Source of the DNA: Blastocladiella emersonii ATCC 22665 | Lineage: Eukaryota; Fungi; Blastocladiomycota | Direction of reading: 5' to 3' | DNA: 64,000 nt | NCBI GenBank assembly: GCA_025594325.1 | Contig: JANHCV010000013.1 | Span: forward strand, 1,178,001 to 1,242,000 | Shown: positions 1 to 10,569 of the stretch, one piece after another | Numbering within the stretch: the first letter of the stretch is position 1 | How the letters are laid out: every line of letters begins with the position of its first letter | Position numbers and translations under genes: made by a program | Notes under the pieces: model-generated | Told to the model about the DNA's origin: nothing | Database searches by the model: none | The model's input: the letters and a program-made list of their open reading frames with translations, nothing else

Positions 1-41
1 TGATTCGCACTTGGCGACTGCTCGGACTCGACGTACCCGAT

Positions 42-755
42 ATGCTCGCGACCAGCGTCGTGCGAATGGTGTCTTCGCGCGAAAAATTTGGCGGAATCGT
101 GGCCGCTGTTCCGATTGACGAGTTGCTTGCTACTGTGAAGCTCTTCTTTGACCGCGGTCAGGCTGGCTCTCACTCGCAAGTGCTTTCGTGCATCATTGCT
201 CTCATGGTCTATCCTTCGAGTGAGCCCGAGTGGGAGCTCTACTTTGCTCAAGTCTCGAACGAACTGCTGGACGCTTTCATCGGCCCGCGCACCAAGTACT
301 GGCCCCTCGCGCTGGCCTGCACCGCGGAATTCTCCCTCTACGGAAGGCTCATGCCCGGGTACTCGATCAACCTGTTCTACGGCGCGTTCAGCGCGCTGCT
401 TACCATGCCCGGGGCTCCGGCCCGGCTTCCCAAGGTCTCGGCCGACTTGTTTGGGGTTTGCCTCTCCCAGATCCTTCACCGGTTCAGCAAGCACGCTTAC
501 CTCGCGACCTTCATCACTGAGACCCTCGAACTGCTGATCAAACACGACGTGGCGTGGTTCGTCGCATGGGTGCTGCCGCAGGCGATGCGACACAACTTGA
601 CGATGATCAACACCTATCTCGAGTTTCCCGACTTTGTGCTCGACCTCGTGACGCAGACGCCCGGCTGGCGCGAGGCGGCGGCGACCATCAGCGAGCCGCG
701 CAAGTGTAATCCGGTCCTGCAGCTGATCGTTCACGCGTATCTGAGCGTCGACTGA
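42..755 (+). CDS. Hypothetical, probably helical protein; likely the 3' part of a gene starting upstream of the window
   Basis: 237-aa ORF with protein-like hydrophobic/helical composition ending at TGA 753-755; no recognisable motif. Confidence 0.45.
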   Translation: MLATSVVRMVSSREKFGGIVAAVPIDELLATVKLFFDRGQAGSHSQVLSCIIALMVYPSSEPEWELYFAQVSNELLDAFIGPRTKYWPLALACTAEFSLYGRLMPGYSINLFYGAFSALLTMPGAPARLPKVSADLFGVCLSQILHRFSKHAYLATFITETLELLIKHDVAWFVAWVLPQAMRHNLTMINTYLEFPDFVLDLVTQTPGWREAAATISEPRKCNPVLQLIVHAYLSVD

Positions 756-1010
756 GTTACGTCTCATGGTTGCCAGCGCGGCTACTTCCCTGGTCTGTCC
801 TGGTTTGTTTGTAATTATAGCATTACTTTCTCTTGCTCCGCCGCCATCTCTCGACAGGCAATTATTGTGAGGACGACTCGCGAGACGCGTTGCGAAATCA
901 TGTGAGTGAAGTGGAGCCAAAACGCGCGCGTTCCGGCCTTCACGTTCGCCTCGACGGCCTCACCCTCCCCACTGGCCTCCCATGCGAAACGAATGAAATA
1001 ACTCATTGTA

Positions 1011-1583
1011 ATGGATTCAGCGGCAGATTTTGTGCCGACGCAGACGAGCGCGACGACCATTCATGAAACTTTATCCGAACACGATGACCCGTTCCGCGGC
1101 ACACATGCCACCGACGCGTTCCTGTACCACGATGCGAGCCCTGCCGACCGCAGCCTCAGCGCCCTGTTGTGCGACTTCGGTGACTTGCGCTCAATCGCTC
1201 GTACTCTGGTCGAGGCCAAGCGCAAGGGTTCGCGGGCGAGCAAGTCGTTCACGCTCAACGAGCTAAGCGCCGAACCGATTGCTCGATCGCTTTTGATTCT
1301 TCACGCTCTCATGCACTCTGAGTTGGATAGTACGGTGCTGGATCGCTTCATTGGTCAGCTCTGGTTCTTGGACCATCTCAAAGTGTGCGCCGAAGCGTTC
1401 TGGCGAGCTCAGTTCGAAAAGTGCCTCAAGTTCGACTGGCTGGCAGCCGGCTCGCGGGTGCGCGTGTTTGATGACGCGACTCCCCGATCCCGGCCAAGTC
1501 CAAGACCTGGATCCGCGTGTAAGCGCTGTTCCAGCGCGCGGAGGGTCCGCCAGTTGTTACGCGATCAAGAGAAAGAGTTTTAG
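1011..1583 (+). pseudogene. Truncated DUF4470-like gene fragment, paralog of the N-terminus of the gene at 35774-39152
   Basis: Translation aligns by eye with 38604-39152(-): FVPTQTSAT/FIPTQTSAT, SALLCDFGDLRSIARTL/SALLCGFNDLRSVAHTL, FTLNELSAEPIARSLLILHALM/FTLNDLRPEPIARSLLILHALM. Similarity is lost after RVRVFDDAT (~1480). DUF4470 assignment rests on the LLxGxGDLR...TLND...ARxLL pattern. Confidence 0.65.
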
Positions 1584-1829
1584 AATGGATGAAGAAAATA
1601 AAGCCAGATCACTTGCTTGCCATCCCACGCCACAGCTTGAGCGACTTGAATTTTGAGAAACAAACTCAACGCGAAGAGGTGACGCGATGCGCCACCGTTG
1701 AGATCACGCGGTGCTCGAGAGACGCCGCTCGACCCTGCCGGCGCCGATCGCCTCCCTTCCTACCTCACTTTCGCCGTCAACTACCTCGCCACACTTGATG
1801 CAATGGATTCAGATGACCCCGTATAAGTT

Positions 1830-4000
1830 GTGATGAGTACACCGCGGCGTTTGACGCGTGTGCGGCGGCCGTCGACTCCAAGTCGTGCCGGTACTTCGAG
1901 GGCGCGCGCGCGCTGTCCATGTCGCGGCGGCTGCCGGCGATCTGGGACGTCGAGGACATGCGCGACCTCGGGCTCAAGTCGCGCGGGTGCCCGTATTTCG
2001 CGTCGCGCACGCTCGCCGAGACCGCCGACCTCGTCCTTTGTCCGTACAACTACCTGCTCGACCCGCAGATCCGCGCGTCCATGGGCATCAAGCTCGATAA
2101 CGACATCGTCGTGCTCGACGAGGCGCATAACGTCGAGGACGTGGCGCGCGAGGCCGCCGGGTCCGAGATCGAAGATATCCAGCTCGCGGCGCTCGCCAAG
2201 GAGCTCGCCGACCTCACCGAGTTCTTTGGCGAGATGGACGAGGGCGACGTCATTGCCCACTACGTCAGCGGTGTGCCCGACTACGCCGTGCTGCTCCGGC
2301 TCGTCGAGGCGCTCCAGGCGTTCCTCGCCGACCACGTCAAGTCGTTCCAGGAGGTGACGTTCGACCACAAGCTCAACGTGTACGCTTTGCCGACTCTCCG
2401 AGCCGACACGGACCAAACTCACACTCGCTTGCTCGCCCGCGCGTAGCGTCAACCCAGACACGTTCGTGCGACACCTCGGGACCAGCGGCGTGACGCTCGA
2501 CACGCTCGTCGATGTGCAGGCCGCGCTCGAGACGGTCAGCGCGTGCAAGGCCGACCAGCGCGAGAACTCCATGGTGCAGGTGATCTCGGACCCGGCGTTC
2601 CGCCTGATCGGCTCGCTGCTCCTGTCGCTTGGCAACCTGTTCGACCCGCGGTTCACGGCCGACTTCCATGTCATCGCCGTCGAGCGTATCGTGCGCGCCA
2701 ACACGGGCAAGACCAACGGCCGCAGCACAGGCGCGGGGAGCAGGCGGTCGAACAACAGCACGATTACCGACTGCACGTTTCCCTGCTTCATCATGTCCCC
2801 CGGCTCTGACCTGATCTGCGGTTGATCATGTAGACATGCGCGAGGAGCGGAAGCACAAGATGGCGCTGTGGTGCATGAACCCGGGCGTGACATTTTCGGC
2901 GCTCGGCAATCAGGCGCACTCGGTGCTCCTCATGAGCGGTACGCTGTCGCCCATGGGCACGTTCGCGTCGGAGCTGCAGGCCGACTTCCCGATCCGGCTC
3001 GAGGCCGACCACGTCATCCAGCTCGACCAGACGTGGGTCGGCGCCGTCAACTCGCCCGAGCTGATCGGCACCTACCAGCAGTCCGAGGCGCTCGAGTACC
3101 AGGACGCGATCGGGTGGGCCGTTGTCGAGCTCGCACGGCACGTCCCGCATGGCATTCTCGTGTTCGCGCCCAGCTACGCGTTCCTCGACAAGCTCATCAA
3201 CCGGTGGCGCCTCACGGGCGCCTACGACGCGCTCGAGCGCGCGAAAAAGGTGTTCACCGAGCCTCGTGCCGGCAAGGAGGCCGCGTTCGAGGACGCCATC
3301 AACGGGTTCTACGAGGCTGTCGAGGGGAGCTCGCAGCGCGAGCGCGATGTCGGGCACTGGCTCGGCGGCGGGTACGCTACTCTCATGTTGCTGTGGGAAC
3401 CGTGTGCGGGAGGCGGACTGGCTCGACTCGCTCCGTTTGTGTAGCGCGCTCATGTTTGGCGTGTACCGCGGCAAAGTGTCCGAGGGCATCGACTTTTCCA
3501 ATAACCGCGCGCGCGCCGTCGTGTGCATCGGGATCCCGTACCCGAGCGTGTACGTTCTCTCGCGCGCTGGTTCCCGCTCCGAACTTGTCACTCACCACCC
3601 ACCCCACCGCGTAGCATGGACAAGAAGGTGCAGCTCAAAAAGGCGTACAGCGACCGGCACCGGTACGCGCGCGGGCTGCTCTTGGGCAGCGACTGATACG
3701 ACATCCAGGCGTACCGCGCCATCAACCAGACGCTCGGCCGGTGCATCCGCCACCGCAACGACTGGGGCGCGCTCGTGCTCCTCGACCGCCGCTTCGCCAC
3801 GCCCAAGGCGCAGCAAGGTCTCTCCAAGTGGGTTCGCCCGCGCATCACCGTGTGGAACCACCTCGGCGCCGCGCTCGAGAACGTCGTCGGGTTCCTCGAG
3901 TACCGCGGCGTCAAGTACGCGCCGCTGCAGCTGCCAACCCGTGTCAAGGTATCCAAGGGCATCGACTTCAGCAACCGACGAGCGCGCTGTCGTGCGTACC
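1830..4000 (+). pseudogene. FANCJ/BRIP1-like (XPD family, DEAD_2/HELICc2) DNA helicase, 5'-truncated pseudogene with introns
   Basis: Motifs CPYF...CPYNYL...VVLDEAHN (II), LMSGTLSP (III), GILVFAPSY (IV), RGKVSEGIDF...VVCIGIPYP (V), QAYRAINQTLGRCIRHRNDWG (VI) across several exons with GTACG/GTGTAC donors. No Walker A GxGKT seen upstream. In-frame TGA at 3694-3696 replaces the conserved Trp of the WYxxQAxRA motif. Confidence 0.85.
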
Positions 4001-4724
4001 AGGATTTCATCCTTCGCAGCGGGTCCGCATGGATTTTTGTGCCGTGCCCTGTCACCGCATCTGGGTCGTGTATCAAGGAAAATTGAACATGTATATGAAA
4101 TTGAACGACATTGGACTCGGTGGCGAATTCCGAATTCTACGCGTAGATCTGAGGCATCCCGCGCCGCTCGCACTCGTCGCGGAGCAAGGCACGGAACTCG
4201 ATCGATTGTGCGGTATCCGTCGCCACCGCGAACAAGTCCGCCAGAGCTTTGCACAGGGCTGCTTCCTTGCCGAGGCATCGGTCAAAGATCACAGACGCGG
4301 CGGCGAGGAGCCACTTGTGCGACCGAAGCCCATCCAGGGCTCCGCACGGGAGCATGCGCCAGACGAACGGTGGGCTCGTGACGCTGACCCGCACAAGATC
4401 GTTGACAAGGACGTCGGGTGCGGCGCGGTACAGCTGCTCAATGATCCACGCCGTCTTGGTGCCTGGTCCTCAAACGCCGCTCGCGGCTTTGCCGCGTCGC
4501 AGAAAGTCTGCGCGGCAGAGCGCCTTGCGTGAGAACAACGAAAAGCGAACGGGGTCCGGGATCGCGTCGGCCATGAGCGTGAATTTGGTGAATTTGGTGA
4601 GCACAGTGTGAAGCGCGTACTGCCACGGTGCCCATGAGGGATCGGGCAGGTCGGCGGGCAGCAGCAGTGCGTTGGATCCCGCGGAAGCGCGTGCGATAGG
4701 GTGGATAGGCGGACCCGAAAAGTG

Positions 4725-6775
4725 CTAACCGTCATCGTCATCGCCATCGTCCGCGGAGAGGAAATACGATTTGTACAAACCTATCGGCGGAGCGTTGCGC
4801 AGGCCCTCGCGCGTGAAGTAAGCAAGCGAAAGCGGGTCCATGTACGCCTCGACGCGCGATTTCCAGCGACGAGTGCCGCGCCGGACCTCGGTCAGCAGCA
4901 GCTTGTACATGTGCCAGTGGGCAAATGGGTATTCGAGCGATTCAGGAGTGCCGAGCCAGACAAATTCTTCATGGGCAGCCCGTTGGTCGCAAAGGAGTCC
5001 AACAAGCAAGTGCCCGTGAGTGACGGCCAGAGCAGGCTCGAAATCCCAACGTTTGTGCTCAGGGGCGTCCCGGAGCGTACGGTCGTACTCACTGAGCACA
5101 TAACGAGGGCCGCGATAGTTGAAAAGGAACGCAAGCACGTCGTTGAGAGCACCAAGACGGGCAAGTTCTGTCTGACTGATATGGCAGAGAGGAAAAGCTC
5201 CACCGACATTGTGCCGAATCGCAATCTCGATGATTGAGGTGACATCCAGGACGAGTGCGTCAAAGTCACTGACTGGATAAATAAGCCAGTCGCTTCGAGT
5301 CTTGCGATCGTCGGGTGAGTACCCAAGATTCGGTTTGTCAGCAGCCGAGTCTCCAAAGCGGTTGAGGCCCATGGCAAGCATCATGGCTACAAAATTCGTT
5401 CGGGTTAGCTTACTTGCACGGCACCGTGCAATGAACGCAATGAGCCCGGACCCTGCGCAAGCGAGCGTTGTATACAGTGCTCATTGGATTTACGAGCGAA
5501 TCGATGTAAAGTGCACGACTTAGAGCGGACAAGAAGGAGGAGGAGCTCGGACGTTCTCTCCATGCCAACGGCGCTGCATTCGTCGAGAGCCAACACTCGC
5601 TCCTCGAGATCGAGCAGGTCGCCAGTCTCTAGAAGCGTGTCAAGAGGTGTTCCATCAAGTACAGCTGAAGTCAATTCGTCGTAATCTTCTGAGTCAAGTC
5701 TAATGAGCTCCTCGTAGTTGTCGAACTGGCGAATCATTTTGAGCGTGCATTTGACGCTGCACGCTCCAGCGTACGTGCGCGCAATGGAAAGTGTACTCAG
5801 GCGGCAGAGATGCTGGCCGTAATCGCCAAGAAACCACCGAAGCGTCTCGATCACGAGGGCCGTAGGAAGCGAAGGGTGGCAGGCTGTAACCGCAAGTTTG
5901 ACCCACTCTTGGCACACCCGAGTGCTGTGGTAGTGGGCTTTGTACACGCCGTAGTTGGACGACTCGAGGAAGCCGAGTACCTCGGGCCGCCACCATTTGA
6001 GAGCGACGAGCACAAGAAAATCGAGGAACGTTGGCCAAATGTCGTCGTAGGGAGCCGGTTCTCCAAAGCCAACTTTGTTGTTGGGCATAAGGTCCACGGT
6101 CGCATCGTTGACGGGGACCCGCCAGTCGAGGTCGAGTCCAAACCAATGACAAGGGCGCATCCTGCGACAGCCGATATGCGTGTGCTCAATTGTATCAAGT
6201 ACGAAGCGAAGGTTGTCAATGCGTCCTTGAGCAGCAAACAGGATCGCGAGCCGGTGAAGGACAAAGAAATTCGGGCTGGGCAAAACACTGCGATTGCTGT
6301 AACATTCATTCGAGCAGTAACTGAAGGAATTGCACCAAACCTCGTCGTCGGTGTCAATCAGCGGATTGGGCAGCACCGGTGCGAAGCGACGGCAGATCCG
6401 AGCGAGCGTCGTTGCGTTGAAAATGTCAGGGCTCGGGAGCCAGCGAGCCGAGTCGTTTGTTCGATTCAAAGCAGCAGCTTCCTCGCGAGCCGCAAGATAA
6501 GCAAGATAAAATCCGAATGGCATAGCAACTGTAGCATACTCGCGGTCAGGGTAGACATCAGAGGGTGCCTGCCAACCGCAGAGCTCGGGCCAAGACGCAT
6601 AAATGTAGCGCAAGTGCCATTGAGTGGCAGGGTCCGCTGCGACCGTCGCCAGACCAGCCGTAGCAAGCGGGACGATGGGCCGGGGGGCAGCAAGACAAAG
6701 CACCGCCGCCAAAAGCTCGACGGGGAGGTCCGTTAAGCGCAGCGGACGTGTTGCATCTACTTCATGAGCTTCCAT
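4725..6775 (-). CDS. Orphan protein with N-terminal F-box-like motif; probably two exons (6775 to ~5476/5494, then 5386-4725)
   Basis: ORF 5405-6775 starts LRLTDLPVELLAAVLCL (F-box-like). A branch point GCTAAC and acceptor TTGTAG precede ORF 4725-5384, and phase-compatible GT donors exist at 5475 and 5493. Confidence 0.55.
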
Positions 6776-6802
6776 TGCGTTCGTGACTGTCTTGTTCGGC
6801 GG

Positions 6803-7127
6803 AGTTCAAGTACACACGCGCACGCTGGCCCAACCGCGAGAGACGCGTCGGGCAATCATGCGAGTGGCACGCGCCGGCGGCGCCACACTTCCAGTCACCG
6901 CCTGCGGACTGCCTCGCCGCGGGGTCGCACGCTCACCTCAAGCGAGCGTCTCCGCTCCCTCTGGTTTTGTTCGAGATCGCTGCTACTATTGGCCGTCGTT
7001 ATACACCATTTCCTCCCTTCTGCGTCTACCTCCTTCGCCGTGTCCATCACCGTCTCCGTCATCTCCTCAGCCTTCCGTGCATCGTGCTCAACCTTCCTCT
7101 CGCACCCTGCACCTGTACGCTTCAACT
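6803..7127 (+). repeat. 5' LTR (AGTTCAAG...CTTCAACT)
   Basis: Direct repeat of 13937-14261. I saw two differences (TATTG/TATTA and CACCA/CACCC). 8-bp imperfect terminal inverted repeat (7/8). Confidence 0.95.
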
Positions 7128-7142
7128 GGTTATGAGCCCTGC
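7128..7142 (+). promoter_or_regulatory. Primer-binding site complementary to the anticodon half of initiator tRNA-Met
   Basis: GGTTATGAGCCCTGC is the complement of GCAGGGCUCAUAACC in fungal tRNAi-Met; this is the half-tRNA priming mode of Drosophila copia and Ty5. Confidence 0.9.
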
Positions 7143-7426
7143 TCGCCCTTGAAGCTCGATGTACGTACGGCCTCTGCTTCCTCCAAGTCGCTTCCACACC
7201 TCCCTGCCGCCGCGCGGTCACTGCACCTGCGCCCGCTGTACTGGCGTGGGCCGCGGACCGTGCGAGCGGCCAAGCACCAGGGCGGGAATCGCTGCCTGCC
7301 CCGGTGGCGGGTCCCAGTGCCTGCAGCGGTTGACACGGGGCCGCCAGCGCGGTTAGCCCGGCCGCCCACCTCCGTTCTCCCTCACGTCGACATGTGCGCC
7401 ACCTCGCGCTCACGGCAGCAGATCGT

Positions 7427-7748
7427 GCCGTTGGGTATCCCGCGTATCAGTGCACCACCGCCTTGCGCGTTAGCCAAGTGCGCACACTGTGTTAGCAGAT
7501 ACCCTTCCGCACAATAGTCGCAATGACGGAAACCGCGTTCGCCACCCGTGTTCGCAGCGGTTCGCGCCGCTGGGCGTCCCACGAATCGGTGCACCACCGC
7601 CTTGCGCGTTAGCCAAGTGCGCACACCGTATTAGCAGACCCCGCGCCGTGCGTTCCAGCAACCTCCCCGCCGCCGGGCGTCCCGCGTATCAGTGCACCAC
7701 CGCCTTGCGCGTTAGCCAAGTGCGCACACCGTGTAAGCAGACCCCGCG
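7427..7748 (+). repeat. Three ~80-bp repeats in the retroelement leader
   Basis: Core GTGCACCACCGCCTTGCGCGTTAGCCAAGTGCGCACAC present three times (~7450, ~7590, ~7692). Confidence 0.85.
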
Positions 7749-8749
7749 CGGCGCGTTGCATCATCCCCTGCCTGTGAGCCTCGGACGCGTTCCCCGATGT
7801 GATGTGTGTGTGGTTGCGACCAGGAGAAGCGGGCGTTGTGCGTGCGCGAGTGTGGGTCGCCCTTTGCGGTCACCTCCAATGCACTTTGATCTGCTCACTC
7901 CTCCTCTCGCCCCGCCGTCCGTCGTTTAGAAGTACTCGCAACACTTCGCTCCCCTTGCTCCGTATCTGGCTCGGTTCCCTTGGAACCTCTCTGGCATCTC
8001 CACCATGTATGGCTCCCCGACAACGTAGGGCGACCATGCATCGCCCCTCACACTCACGCACGCTTACCTGCACAGACCAACTATGCACACCACACAATCT
8101 TGCACTATGATGGGCGCACCTGCACCGCCAGCACCTCTCCGCGCCACCATGCTTGCCTCGCGTCGCTCTGCGAACAGTCGCGCCCTCCCCGCGCCGTCTT
8201 GCGGGCAACGGCGTTGCAATCGCTGCGCAGCTGGCTGCCTTGCCCCGCTCGCCTCGCATCGTCGCGCGAGTACCAGCACTGCGTGCCTGCTCGCCATCGC
8301 GCTCCTCGCGGACTCTTGGCCATCTCCCGCAGTGCACGACGTGGCATCACACTCATCACGCACAATCTGAGCCCCTACGCTCCGCCTACCTGCTGGTTCG
8401 GCGCGGGGTCCCACATCCCGCTCGCCATCCGATCTCCCGCGACACGAACCACTCCACACGCTCTCCGCCATCCTACGTTCCGCACGTCCCCAACTCGCTC
8501 CTCGCCCTTGTGGAAACCGCGCGTCCCGTGTGACGTCAGTCCTTGCACGGTCCACGGCGCCCTACCGCCCTGTTGGCCGTGTACACTCGCGCTACCCACG
8601 CTCGCGTAATCCACGGTGCACCACGCTGTTCGGCCCCGGCCGAGCCGCAGTTCCCCGATTGCACTCGCGCAAGCTGTGCATTCCGCGCGGCATCCCGCTC
8701 GCTGACTCGCTTGCGCGATCCACGTCTTCCCGCGCGACACCTGCTCTCG

Positions 8750-9950
8750 CGTGAGTTGCGCACACCGCTCGTCGCCCACTAGCGCGACGCGCGCGTCCCG
8801 CTCGTCGCCCGCTCGTACGACCCGCGACATCCCGCTTGGCGCCGGCACTTGTGCGAGCTGCGGAACCCGCATGACGCCCGCACTCGCGCCATCCGCACCA
8901 CCCGCTCGTCGCCCGTTCGCGCGATCCGCGCGTCCTGCACGTCGCGCAGTCCGCGCGTCTCGCTCGTCGCCCACTCGTGCAATCCACGCGTTCCGCTCGT
9001 CGCCCGTTCGCGCGATCCGCGCGTCCCGCTCGTCACCTGCACCCGCGCGAGCTGTGCGTCCTTCTCGCCGCCTGCGCTCGCGCGATCCGCGACGTCCCGC
9101 ATGGCACTCGCTACTAGATCGAGCTGTGCATCCCGCTAGCCGCTGGCGCTCGCGTGATCCGCGACATCCTTCGCGGCCCCTGCGCCCGCGCGATCCGCGT
9201 TTTTCCCGCTCGCCACCTGCACTTGCGCGGCCAACGGTACCCTGTCCTCCGCCTGCGCCCACGCGATCCGCGACATCTTGCACGGTGCCTGCGCTCGCGC
9301 GATCCGCAACACCACGCTCGTCGTCTACGCTCGCGCGATCCGCGGCATCATGATCGCTGTCGGCGCTCGTGCGACCAGTGATACCCCGTTCGCCACCTGC
9401 GCTCGCGCGATCCGCGGCATCCCGTCGCGCACCGGCGCTCGCGCGATTTGCGGCATCCCGCTCGTCGCACGCGTCGCGCATCCCCCTTGCCGCCCGCGCT
9501 CACGCGATCCCGTGACGCTCCACCACGGCGCACACGCCCGCGCGATCCACGGCATTGCGCTCAGCGCCCACACTCGCGCAATCCGCGGCACCCGCTCGAC
9601 GCACGCGCTCGCGCGATCCGCAGCACCTTCTCGCCGCCTGCGCTCACGCTGGCCGCGCACCCCGCTCGCTGTGCGCCCTCACGCGAGGCGCGCGCTGACA
9701 GCACCCCGTTCGCCATCCGCATTTGCGCTACCCACGGCACCCCGCTCGCCCGCTTGACTCGCACAATTTGCGGTATCCCGCTCGCACGCTGGACCCGCAC
9801 GACCCGCAGCATCCCGCTCGTCTTCCAACGTCGCACAAGTCGCACATCCTTCTCGCCAAAGGCACCTGCGCGATCTGCGGCACCCCGCTCGCTTCGCGCA
9901 CCCTCCTCGCCGTACGCGCCTGCGCGATTCGCGCATCCCGCTCACCGCAT
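8750..9950. repeat. Degenerate ~36-nt tandem array (core GCTCGCGCGATCCGCG) inside the retroelement
   Basis: Repeated CGCGATCCGCG core. Example unit 9401-9436 is 36 nt. Minus-strand ORF 8375-9481 reads DAADRASAGGER-like repeats. Confidence 0.75.
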
Positions 9951-10159
9951 GCGCTTGCGCGTGCTGCATCATCCCGCCTGCAGTTCACACTCTGTTGAAC
10001 TGCTGCGCCTTACCTGCTGGGTGCTGCCTCGTGGTTACCTCCTGTCACACTCCCTATCCGCTGCTACGCGGCCTGCTGCAGCCCTTTGCGCGCTGCGCGC
10101 CGTGCTCGCACCGCTGTGCGCTCCCTGCATGCCCCTGCGCTTGCTCCTGCCTCGTGGTG

Positions 10160-10534
10160 GTTGGGGGAGCGGCCGCGTCTGTCCTGCCTCTCGCTGTTGG
10201 GGGAGTGGCCGCGCCTGTCTTGCCGCTCGCCATTGGGGGAGTTGCTGCGCCCGTCCCGCTGCCCGCCATTGACGAGCCTGAGCTGGCCACCATTGCCGAT
10301 GGGTTCTACGCCAACGCCACGCTCCTGCCCGACCGGCTCAACGCCATCAAGGCGGCCGCGGCAACGACGCGCCGCTCGCCGTTGGGGGAGCCGCTGCGCC
10401 CAATCCGCCGCTCACTGTCGGGGGAGCTGCTGCGCCTGACCCGCCGCTCGCTGTCGGGGGAGCCGCTGCGCCCAACCCGCCGCTCGCCGTCGGGGGAGCC
10501 GCTGCGCCCGACCCGCCGCTCGCCGTCGGGGGAG
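10160..10534 (+). repeat. Eight 36-nt-spaced repeats, each containing a PPT-like GT(T/C)GGGGGAG; translate as PLAVGGAAAP
   Basis: Motif starts at 10160, 10196, 10232 (ATT variant), 10381, 10417, 10453, 10489 and 10525. The element's PPT at 13927-13936 is GTTGGGGGAG. Confidence 0.85.
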
Positions 10535-10569
10535 CCGCCGCACCTCGCCCGTCCAACATCTCCATTGAG

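Noticed and set aside
7128-7146. Possible tRNA-Met gene on the minus strand
   Set aside because: Only ~15-19 nt match the anticodon arm and no cloverleaf is present; it is explained as the PBS.
7427-7748. Repeat-spacer pattern resembling a CRISPR array
   Set aside because: Only three long, degenerate units inside a eukaryotic retroelement, and no cas genes.
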